Position numbers and translations under genes: made by a program. From the human T2T-CHM13v2.0 reference genome, Homo sapiens, in NCBI RefSeq assembly GCF_009914755.1, contig NC_060932.1: 64,000 bases of DNA; one strand, written 5' to 3'. This document shows, in pieces, positions 39,797 to 49,705 of this stretch; position 1 is the first letter of the stretch, and each line of letters starts with the position of its first letter. The notes below the pieces were generated by a model that searched no databases, was not told the origin of the DNA, and saw only the letters and a list, made by a program, of their open reading frames with translations.

Positions 39797-40027
39797 CTGG
39801 GGGAGAGAAAGCGCGGGTCCATGTGAGAGCTGGCTCAGCAAACTGCCCCTGCCTCCCACCCGGCCCACTCTCCCCAATGCCCCCTTCCATGATGCCAGCC
39901 CCACCCCATCCCTTTGGCTAACTTGCTGGGGGCCCAAGCCTCAGTGGGCTCTCCTAGAAAACAGCCTCCGGATCCCGCCAGCTCTCAGATGCCCCACAGC
40001 CGGTACTGCCTTGGGGCAGGGGCTCAC
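39797..40027 (-). other. ARC: ARC 3'UTR intron 1 (231 bp)
   Basis: Donor CAG|GTGAGC, polypyrimidine acceptor. Confidence 0.8.
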
Positions 40028-40624
40028 CTGAGGGGCCAGGAAGCACCGGGACATCAGGTCTGCTCTGCTGCGTGTGCGACTTCTACTCTCCCCTGGGAGG
40101 AGGGGGCCGCGCTGCCCGAGGCTGGCCAGCTGCCCTGGGAGGCAGGGAGGGCGTCAGCTGGCTCTGCGGATGCCGGGAGAGGGCGGCGGCGCCGGAAGTC
40201 GAGGCTCCCTCAGCATTGGCTCTGCCCTAGCTTCTGCTCTGGGTGTCCCATGAGCTTGGTGGCCGCTGGCCCCTGCCATCCGGACACTTGGTTTTCTGGA
40301 TGTCCAGAGGGCCTGGGTGTTGTAGCAGAATGAGGAAGCTGGGGTGTTCTGTGATGGCCTGAGAGTGTGGAGGGTGGGGTCCAGGCCGGAAAGACAGACG
40401 GAGGGAGGGTGATGGGTGGAGCCCTGCAGGGGGGAGGGCTCTTTGCCGCTGGGTGCGGTGCTCACATCTGGATGACACGAGTGTGTGCGAGTCCGCCCGG
40501 AGCTCGAGGGGGCACCCAGCTGGACCAGGGCTTCCCCTGCAGGAGTCAGCCCCAGCTCAAAAGTCCTGGTGGGCAAAGCCACAGGCTGGATGTAGTGGGC
40601 AGGCTGGGGGCTCCGGGATGCCCT

Positions 40625-41815
40625 CTACTCGGGCTGGGTCCGGTCACTGGCCACGGACTCGCTGTTGGGGGCGGGCGTGAGGGTCTCCGCCTCATCCTCC
40701 ACCGGGAGGTGGGGGCCGGCCGGCTCGGCCGCCTGCTCCAGGTCATCCTGCACCTCCATGCCCCTCTGGATGAGCTGCTCCAGGGTCTTGGGCAGGGGGT
40801 GGCGCAGGAAACGCTTGAGCTTGGGCTGCAGGGTGCCCACCACGTACTGGATGATCTCCTCCTCGTCCGCGTCCACGTAGAGCGTCTGGTACAGGTCCCG
40901 CTTGCGCCACAGGAACTGGTCCAGCGGCTCGCCCTGCTTCTGCGGCAGGTCCAGCTCCCGCTGGATGGCCTCTCGGGACAGCGTGCCCTCGCTGTACTGC
41001 AGGAACTCCTTCTTGAACTCCACCCAGTTCTTCACGGAGCCCTGCTTGAACTCCCACCACTTCTTGGCCGGCCCGTTCATGTGATTCTGGATCTGGGACA
41101 GCCAGTACTCCTCAGAGCCGCCCACCTGCCGCAAGTACTCCTCTAGGTGGCTCAGGAACTCTCGAGGGTCCTCGAAGATCTGCGTGTCCACGCCGGGGCT
41201 GGGCTGCCCGTCCTCGCCGGGGACCCACGGCTGGTACTGCTGGGCCTCGGCGGGCTCCTGCCCGGGCAGCTCGCCAGCGGCTGGGGGCGGGGTGATGGCG
41301 TAGGGGCTGACGGTGTAGTCGTAGCCGTCTGCCTCGTGGCAGTAGCTCTCGGGACCCCCCACGCCCACGGAAACGGTGTGGCGGGCTGACTCGCTGCCCA
41401 CCGGGTACTTGCCGCCCGTGGACTCCAGGCGGTCGGCCCAGCGCTCCAGGCGGTAGAACACCTCGCGCCACACGTGCATCTCGCGCTTGACCCAGCGCTC
41501 CAGGTTGGCGATGGTCTCCTGGCAGCGGCACAGGCAGGCCTTGATGGACTTCTTCCAGCGCTGCGAGTCGCTCGTGGGCACGTAGCCGTCCAGGTTGCTC
41601 TCCAGCTTCCCGACCGACCGGTGCAGCCCCTTCAGCTCGCGCTCCACCTGCTTGGACACCTCGGCCAGCAGGTGCCGGTGCGTCCGCCGCACGTGCTCCA
41701 GCATCTCGGCCCGGCACTTCCCGATCTGCAGGATCACGTTGGGCTTGGCCACCTGCCCGCCCCGCGGCCCGGGGTAGGCGTGGAGCCCGCCGCTGGTCCG
41801 GTGGTCCAGCTCCAT
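40625..41815 (-). CDS. ARC: Activity-regulated cytoskeleton-associated protein (Arc/Arg3.1), Ty3/gypsy Gag-derived capsid protein, 396 aa, uninterrupted CDS
   Basis: MELDHRTSGG..CLCRC..TQIFEDPREFLSHLEEYL..WWEFKQGSVKNWVEFKKEFLQYSEG..LPQKQGEPLDQFLWRKRDLY..SDRTQPE; ATG at 41815-41813, TAG at 40627-40625; very high GC3. Confidence 0.99.
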   Translation of the reverse strand: MELDHRTSGGLHAYPGPRGGQVAKPNVILQIGKCRAEMLEHVRRTHRHLLAEVSKQVERELKGLHRSVGKLESNLDGYVPTSDSQRWKKSIKACLCRCQETIANLERWVKREMHVWREVFYRLERWADRLESTGGKYPVGSESARHTVSVGVGGPESYCHEADGYDYTVSPYAITPPPAAGELPGQEPAEAQQYQPWVPGEDGQPSPGVDTQIFEDPREFLSHLEEYLRQVGGSEEYWLSQIQNHMNGPAKKWWEFKQGSVKNWVEFKKEFLQYSEGTLSREAIQRELDLPQKQGEPLDQFLWRKRDLYQTLYVDADEEEIIQYVVGTLQPKLKRFLRHPLPKTLEQLIQRGMEVQDDLEQAAEPAGPHLPVEDEAETLTPAPNSESVASDRTQPE

Positions 41816-42019
41816 CTGTGCGCAGGTGCTCCGGCAGGCGGCAAACTCCTCGGGGCGGACAGAGGGTGGTCCGGCGCTGGGGTCCGGCGGCCTGGGTCCC
41901 GTGCGGAGCTGCGGGGAGCGCCTGTCTGTCGCTGCGGGCCGGCGGCGGGGCCGGCGGAGCACGCCCGGGGAGGCAGGTCCGGCTCGGCTGCTGCGGAGGG
42001 AGGACGCCGCGCCCGAGCT

Positions 42020-42235
42020 CTGCGCTGAGTCCTGGCCGCCGGCTCTTTATGCAGCCAGCGAGGCCCGTGGGCGGCCGGCTCGCCGAGCCCGGTTTCTCAT
42101 TGGCCCAGCCGCAGGCTCCCCGCCAGCGCCCCGCCCGCGCCCCTGCAGGCCCCGCCCTGCGCCCACTCGGCTCCCGGGCGGCAAGGGACGGGAGGTCCCA
42201 CCCCCTGCACACATGGCGGGGCCAGGATGACTAAT
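42020..42235 (-). promoter_or_regulatory. ARC: ARC core promoter
   Basis: TATA-like CATAAAG near 42045-42052, CCAAT at 42099-42103, several GC boxes; TSS inferred near 42020. Confidence 0.8.
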
Positions 42236-42939
42236 CCCTCCGCTCCGTACCTCCCACCCCGGACGGCGGGGCTCATTCAGCCTGCGGGGACCGAGGGACT
42301 GAGCCGGGCACTGGGCGCCCCTCCCACGCCCCCTCCCGGGCGCTGGGCGGGCTGTCATCTGCTGCCTCCCAGGGTCCCAAGGTGGCCTTCCTCCTCTCCA
42401 CTCGCCTCTCTCTTTGCGGGGCTGGAGGGGGCTGGCGCTGGCCACTGCTCTCCTGGGTCCTCACTGCCCCTGACCCCGCCCACCCAGCTCTGCAGGATGT
42501 GCAGCTGAGCCCGGGAAGGACCCTCACCATCAGCCTCTGTGCCCAGGGGCTCAGCAAGTCTCCATGTGAGCTCCCAGATGTGGCTTTGAGCTCCCACTCA
42601 CTCCTGCCCGGGTCCTGAGTCCAGGTCTTGGGCTCTGTGTGAGGGACGCACAGCCAGGCAGAGGCTCGCTCTGCCTGGCCCTGGCGTTGGTGTGCATGGG
42701 TGACAGGGGCCCACGTGGCAGTGACTGGACAGGGCTGCCCCATGCCCCCATACGCAGGTCTCTGGTGAGGCCCAATACTTTTCTGTGTTTCCAGGGAAAT
42801 CTGGCAGCTGCTACCTGGGGGGCTGGGGTTTGGAGGACATGGAGGGGACATTTAGCCCCCAGTGAAGGGAATTGGGCCCTGAAGACCCTGGCTATATCAA
42901 GAACCTGGCCAGAGGCTCCAAGACTTCTAAGAGGATGGA

Positions 42940-43030
42940 AGAGGGGAGGAGAGAGGGAGACAGGGAGGGAGGTGGAAGGAGGGAAAGGAGAAGGGGAGGG
43001 AGGAGAGGCGAGGAGGGAGAGGGAGGGGGG
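42940..43030. repeat. Polypurine/polypyrimidine tract
   Basis: Nearly pure G/A run. Confidence 0.8.
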
Positions 43031-43080
43031 CCGGTGCTGGCAGCACAGTGCCATCAGGAGAGGCAGAGGGAAGCCAAGCA

Positions 43081-43090
43081 CCATATAAGG
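43081..43090. promoter_or_regulatory. ARC: Proximal serum response element (CArG box)
   Basis: CCATATAAGG = CC(A/T)6GG about 1.06 kb upstream of the TSS, with Ets-like CCGGAAG at 43100-43106. Confidence 0.8.
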
Positions 43091-43342
43091 AGCGGGGCTC
43101 CGGAAGCCGAGACTCCCTCGGGAGGGAGGTCCCTTCTGCCTCCCTGGCAACCTGGCGGGGGTAGGGACGCCCTTCCTGAGTTACTCCAGTGCTGGCTGGA
43201 TAGGCATGGGTCTCAGGTCCTCTGATGTTACCCAGGCAGGGGTGACACACACCATTCCCCACAGCCAGAGGGCCATGAGGACATCATCGCTGACAATCAA
43301 GACATCTTGTTCCTGCTGCCAGCTGCCCTTTCCCTCTCTCAG

Positions 43343-43535
43343 ACACACACATGCTGCACACTCACACCCCCACATACACACTCATAGCCCCCACTCTAAC
43401 CCCACCCCACACACTCATGCCCTCACTCACAGCCCCCACACACACTCATACCCCCCACTCATAGCTCCCACATACACACTCATACCCCCCACTCATAGCT
43501 CCCACATACACACTCATACCCCCCACTCACAGCCC
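43343..43535. repeat. CA-rich low-complexity tract with a 34-bp unit
   Basis: CACACTCATACCCCCCACTCA at 43441, 43475, 43509. Confidence 0.8.
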
Positions 43536-45480
43536 TCAGCTCCCCCCAGCATCCCCTGTCTTATTCAGGCACTCAAGGGCACACAGGTGCCCACTTGCTG
43601 GAATCCCCCCTCCCTGCCAACCCTCTGAGCCCCCCCCCAACCGGCTCTCCCGGGGAGCCCTCTCCCAGCCTCAGAGCCAGTCTGTCTCCTCCTTCCTTCC
43701 GCCCCTGGGGGGGAATGTCTTTCTGGCAAAAAAACTCCCCAAAAATGGCTCTCCTGGCATTTCTAATTAAAGGTAAGTGGGCGGACAGAGAAGGGAGGGC
43801 GGAGGGGCACCGCGGAGCTGGGAGGGGGAGCCAGGCAGAGAAGTCTCCAGCACAGGGACCTTCCCGCTTCTCCACTGCGGAATCCCAGGGAGAGGAGCTG
43901 GGTGGGCACATGCGGGACGGGCAGACGCCAGCAGCCTTGGGTGAGTGCAGCCAGCGGTCACCGAGGGCCACATGTCCGGGTTGGGGCCAGCCTGAGCCTG
44001 TAGGTGTTGTCTGGGTGCTGGGCACTGACCGTGCATGTGTGTCCATTGTGAGAGCCAGCACTTCAATGACCAGGGGCCAGCCCCACCAGGGTTTACAAGC
44101 CCGTGTGGCCTCTGACGTCCCCGCCAGGGCACAGCTCTTAGGCCTCTGGCCAGCAGTGGCCTCCAGCTGCCACCCCCACCCAAGGCATCAGCAAGCTGAC
44201 AAGGAGGCAGGACTGGGGACACGTGAGCCAAGGTCATAGGTGGTGCCGCTGCCTCAGTTCCCTCACCTGTGTGGAGGGAGCCAGGCCTGGAGAAGGGTGA
44301 GTGCCCAAGGTGGCCCGGTGAGCAAGGCAGGGCTGGGCAGGAGCCAGGCCCTTGGTGAGGAATCCTGGCGTCCTCTGCTCAATGCCCCGTGGCCCATCAC
44401 CACCCCTGTCACCTGCTAAACAGCAAGCCAGAAGTGGCCAAGCCGAGACCGGTGGGAGAGCACAGTGCCTGCCCTGGATGGCACGAGGGCAGGCAGCGTC
44501 GGGGGTGCCACGCGGAGCCCCGTCTTCCCCTCCCCAACCCCCTCCAGCAGGGTCTGCAGAGGCTGTGAATGCAGGCCTGAGCTGACCGGTGACAGGCAAC
44601 AGCCGCAGCTGCCAGGAACGCTTAATCGCTGCCCAATTATCGCCCCAGAAGCCCTCACCAAACCCCCGCACTGCAGCCTCGGGAAAGGAGGCCAGGCTGA
44701 CTCCCATCCACCTGGGGCGGGGGCCTCTCCTGACAGGGGCCTGCCCTGCTCCTCTCTCCAGCCCACCCCCACCCCGTGCCCGTCCCTGACAGCCACTGGA
44801 GCAGCATGGCTTGGGGATGCAGGTGGGGGAAGGAACAGGGGAAGGGGGTGGGGGCTAGACCTGCACAAGGAGATTGGGAGCACCTGGGGGATCCCCACTC
44901 TCAAAGCCAACCTGGTCTGCTGCTGCGCAGGTCTGACCACTCTGAGGCCCCACCTGCCTGAGAGGAGGGGTCCTGCAGGGGAGGGTGGGGTAGCCCATGA
45001 CCCCCAGGTTCTGTTCACGGTTGAGATCTCCACCAGGCTCACGACAGCCTCGAAGGACCTCTTAGTGCTGGTTCCTGAGCCCCCACCACCTAGGTTCCCA
45101 GAGGCGTGCGGGTACCTGCTCTGAAAGGCAGGGGCCACCCTGTGCCTTGGGCCTCCCTTCTCCTTCTGGGGTGCCCAGCCGCCTCTGCTCCTGCCTGATC
45201 AGAGCAAAGGGAGTCAGCTCTCTCCCCGCAGCCCCAGACTGTCTCAGCCCTGGCTGACCCACTCCGGCAGGGCCTTTCTGGGTTGCCAGGAGCGTTCACA
45301 GGGCAGCTGCTGACCTGGGGCATCCTGCTGCTCCCCCAGGCTGGCCCTGCTGATCTCGGGTGCCGGCAGTTAGCGCTGCTCAGCAGGGAGAGGCAACCAC
45401 AGGCCCCTTCAGGCCAGAGCTCACACCCACCCCCACTCACACACATGCGCAAACACATGGGCACACGCAGAGGCACACAC

Positions 45481-45607
45481 CTCCCCCATCTCCCCTGCCT
45501 CCAGGCTCTGTCCTCTTTGGAAACAACCCAGAGGGCCCCCAACTCTGCCTTGGCCCCCCACATCACTGTCTTCATAAAGGCCCTTCCTCACCTGCCCACT
45601 GCTGGCC
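45481..45607 (+). repeat. Inverted duplication, arm A
   Basis: Reverse complement of 48955-49081; 112/127 identical by manual ungapped alignment. Confidence 0.92.
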
Positions 45608-48600
45608 ACACACACCTGCCCACCCCACCCTTTGCACACATTCCGGGGCTCCTGCTGCCCTTCTGTGTGGGCTGCGTGGAGTGAGGAGCCGGCAGCAGAG
45701 AAGGAATGAGGCAGTCCCAGGGGTTGGTTCGGGCACCCGCCCCCCACATGTGACCACTCCCCAGCCTTGTGGCCTCATCTGTCACCATCTACTGCCCGGT
45801 GGGGCTGGAAGAGAAGAACCAGGCTGCCCTATGCCCTCAGGGTGCCCATTGCTTGCCCAGGCTGCATGGCCAGACCTGGAGGCCAGCCTCTCAGCCACCT
45901 GCTCCCACCGGGTGTCCCTTGCTGTCCAGCCCAGGGCTCCACAGGCTGCAGGAGCTGCTGACCTCTGACCTCTCTGGGCTCCCAGGCTGGACTCCCACCC
46001 CAGGTATCCTCTTTTCCTGTTGCCTCTTCCTCGCAGGCACAGGGCAAGGCTGTCCCAGCTGCCTGGCCTGGCTGAGTCCCTGCACCACCCTACAGGTGGT
46101 GCCCATAGGTGAACACCTGAGTGTAAGCAGGGCCTGGTCCAGAGCAGACACTGGCGAGGGGTCTGAGGGCTGGAATGGTTCCTGTTCCATTCCTTTCTAG
46201 TCAGGAAACATTGGACAGTTGCTCACCTGAGCCTCAGCTTTCCATCCGTAAAGTGGGTGGCAATGCCAAGGCCTCGAGGGGTGGCCGGGAGCTCCGGGGC
46301 TCCAGGAGCCTCATCCCTGGCCTCGTGCCACCTGGTCTGGCGAGGTTTCTCCCAGCCGTTCCTGCCGGAGCCTCTCGTCAGTGCCAGTCTGGAGCCTGAG
46401 AAGTGGCCGGGGCCCCGCCCTCAGCTCCTCAGGAGAGGTTCTGGGGGCTTCTTCGCCCTGCCCACCTCCTCTGTTCTCTGAGGCCTGGCCAGCGTCCGCC
46501 CCCAGTGTCGCTCCTGCAGTGGTGGCACAGACCTGGTGGCGAGTTGCAGGGGCAGTTGGCGGATATGGGTCCAGGCAGCTGGAGGACACCAGGGCCCTGC
46601 TGTCTCCGTCCTGAGGGCCACCTGCAGTGGGGACGGGCCAGGGTAGGCAGAGAGCAGAGCTGAGGATGAGGGTCCCAGTCCACCTCCAGAGCATGGGGGG
46701 GTGCACAGCAGGCCAGGACTGAGCCTGGGGAAAAGACCAAGGAGGCACAAAGGACTGAGGTGGGAAAGTAGAGGGGCAGAGGAGAGGCCGGGGCGCAGCT
46801 GCTCCTGCTTGGCCACCCAGGTAGATGCTCTCGCCTCAGGTTCCACAGGGGTCCTTAGGGGTGGGAGGACCTGCCCCAGGCTGCTGAGCGGGCAAGTGAC
46901 AGAGTTGAGGCCGTCGTCCATCAACCCAGCTGCCCGACCTCCAGCCTCATAGCTGCTGCAGCCCGACAGCCTCTGTGAGAGCCCTGGAGGGGACCAGGGT
47001 GGAATGGGGCAGGGTTCTTAGGAGACCCCCATCGGTGATGGGCACAGTGCTTGGTGTTCCCAAGGTGGCAACAAGGGCTGGGAAAGACCCTGAGGGATGA
47101 GAGGGGCCCCAAGGAGTGGGCTGGCTCTGGCACTGGTGCAGAAGATGGAAGCTGATGGCCTGGGGGCCAGTGGGAGATGGGTGCAGGGCGGGTGGGCCTA
47201 GGGGCCTCCGACACCCCCTCCCTCTGCAGCCTCTGCAGCCTCCCCAGCCCCTGGGGCTGCGGGAACATTCTTTCTGCCCCCCACCCCCACCATCCCCCCC
47301 CCCCCACAACTGCTCCTTCCTTCCTCTTCTCCTGTTGGCAGGCTCTGTGCTGCTGCGTCCCTGTCCCTGGAACAAGCAGCCTGTTCGTTCCGGGCCCCCA
47401 CACACCAGACCCTCCTCCTTCCTCCTTCCTCCTTCCTGCCTCCTGCCTCAGCGCCTCCCAGTCCAGCCTCCAAGGAAAGTTCTGTATTTTTCCAGCCAGT
47501 CTGGCCTAGCTGCACAGGCGTCCCTTCAGGGCCGGTGGGGTCACGAGAGCCCAGGCCTCCACCGACCATGGGCAGACAAGGGACATGCGCTCCTCACCAC
47601 CGCCACCCCAGCCATGCACGGAAGGGGAAATCGAGGTCCAGAGAGGGCCAGGGATTAGCCTGAGCCACACAGCAAGGAAGGCCAGAGCCACGGCAGGAAG
47701 TGTGTCTGGGGTCTCTGGGGTCTTGGGGAGACCTCCAACCTCCCAGAGGTGTCCCATGGACACTTCCATTTCCTGTGTGACTGTAGGTGAGTTCCCTAAG
47801 CCTCCACGCCCTCTCTGGCCTCAGTTTCCTCACTGAGGCAGTGCTCCCAGGAAGCTCCAGCTCCGCCCTGCCCCGTCGGTGCGGTGATCAGTCATTCCGT
47901 CAACAAAAGTGCCCGAGACAGGCTTGGCAGGTACTAAGCCAGATGGAGGCATGACCCTGGGAGGGGGTGGAGTGCAAAGAGGTGCAGAGCACCCCATAAA
48001 ATAAGGGGTTGGGCATCACCATGCCCCCTGCAGGCTTTGCCACCCATCAGCACCAGCAAGTCGCCCCACCCAGAGCTCTGCAAAGAACACCGCCAGCTCT
48101 TTCCTTCCGGGTGCTCTTGCTGGGGGGTCAGGCTGGTCCCCTCTGACTGGCACTGCCCACGCTGGGACATGGGAGGAGGGCCATCTGGGCACTGCAGGAG
48201 CAGATCCTGGGTGCACATGGGGAGACAGGTGTGCTGGCAGGAACAGCAGGCGGGGCTGAGCTCAGGAGGCGCCTCACAGCGGGTGCCTCCAGCCTGGTCT
48301 GAGCACGGGATGAAGAACCAGGCACCGCTCATCGTGCATCTCCACAAGGCACTGTGTGACTTCATGCAAGCCGCTCAACCTCTCTGGCCCCACGTCCTTG
48401 TCCACAGGGGCAGAGTGGACTGAATGGAGGCTGAGGTCCCTCTCAGCTTGGGTGGTGTGGCAGAGGGTGAGGAGGAGCCCATGGGCCCTGGATCACCAGC
48501 CTCCCTCCACCCAGAATGCCCCGTCCACTCCACTGCCCACCACCCTCTGTGCAATTGACAAACGTCCTGGTGTTAACGCCTAAGCATAAAGAGTCGGCTT

Positions 48601-48762
48601 TGCTGTAAGTGTTGTCTGAACCTGGGCCCAACGTCACCGCCTCCAGGAAGCCTTCCTGACCTCCTCGTTCCATGTTGATTGAGTCTTCTGCGTGCCTTGG
48701 CCTCCCCTGTGTGTGCTACCAGAGGAGCCCCTGAGCACAAATGCAGTCTTCCTGCATGTCTC

Positions 48763-48840
48763 TGTGTGTGTGTGTGCATGTGTGTGAGTGTACGAGTGTG
48801 TGTGTGACTGTGTGTGTATGTGAGTGTGTGTGTGAGTGGG
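48763..48840. repeat. Imperfect (TG)n microsatellite
   Basis: Directly visible. Confidence 0.85.
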
Positions 48841-48954
48841 TGGGCCAGGGTACCCGTCTCTTGCACACCTACTGGGGTGTGCCCTGAGCTTGCCCTGGGC
48901 ACACGGAACCTGGTTCTGGCTCCATTGGAGATGCTCTGACCCCCGAGGTGTGGA

Positions 48955-49081
48955 GGCCAGCAGTGGGCAGGTGAGGAAGGGCATCTGTGAAGAGGGTGGT
49001 GTGGGGGGCCAAGGAGGAGCAGGGGGGCATCTGGGTTCTTTCCAAAGAGGGCAGAGCCTGGAGGCAGGGGAGATAGGGGAG
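48955..49081 (-). repeat. Inverted duplication, arm B
   Basis: Reverse complement of 45481-45607. Confidence 0.92.
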
Positions 49082-49649
49082 GGATAGGTCTGGGGCCTGC
49101 CTCACCTTGGCCAGGATGCCAGCCTGGAGCTGGTGGGGAGGATGGAAAAGGGAGGACAGTGGGGGCAGAGAGGGACAGGCAGATGGGGAGTGGCTTTGCT
49201 GGGTTTAAGAGCTGTTTAGGGGGCCAGGGCTGAGGGGGAGCTGGGGGTCCCCAGTGTCAGGTTGCCATCACGGACCTGGGGACGAGCATGAGGGGGACTT
49301 GTAAGGAGCCACTGGAGTCCGGCCTGGGGGGGCTGGAGCCTGGCGCTCCCCCACACTGGGTCCCCAGCCAGGCCGTGTGCCCACCCCACACCTCCCTGGA
49401 CGCCCACCTGGCCCAGATTGTGCTGCAGGAACCCTGAGGGTGGCTGCCCCAAAATCAGGACGAAGGATTCACTGCCAGCTGGCCAGGCCAGACGCCCCCA
49501 GAGCTGGGGGTTCAGGATGCCCGTGCCAGGGAGGGGGTGGCGTCCAGGACTGTACGCTGCCCCCACCCTGATGGCTGCGCTTTCCTGCTGTTCTCTGCAT
49601 CTCCATTTCAATCTCTCCCCAGTGCCAGCCAGGCTGCCAGCAACCCCAG

Positions 49650-49705
49650 CTCACTTCCGGAGCCATAAAAGGAGAGACGCTGAGAATAGCGCGGCTGTGA
49701 CGCGC
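49650..49705 (-). promoter_or_regulatory. ARC: SARE (synaptic activity-responsive element) enhancer
   Basis: Minus strand reads CGTCA (CRE half, 49698-49702), CTATTCTCAG (MEF2, 49680-49689), CCTTTTATGG (SRF, 49663-49672), CCGGAAGT (TCF/Ets, 49653-49660): the motif order of the rodent SARE. Confidence 0.93.

Larger units (their letters stand above)
40600..42400. promoter_or_regulatory. ARC: CpG island over ARC promoter and CDS
   Basis: Visibly dense CpG and very high GC relative to flanks; boundaries approximate. Confidence 0.88.

Noticed and set aside
40625-41962. 445-aa ORF as the ARC protein
   Set aside because: It starts at a GTG; the recognised protein starts at ATG 41815 (396 aa). The extension is kept only as a hypothesis.
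41112-42212. 366-aa alternative-frame ORF and antisense ORFs overlapping ARC
   Set aside because: Start lies upstream of the inferred TSS; Ala/Gly/Arg/Pro-rich shadow frames are expected from extreme GC3.
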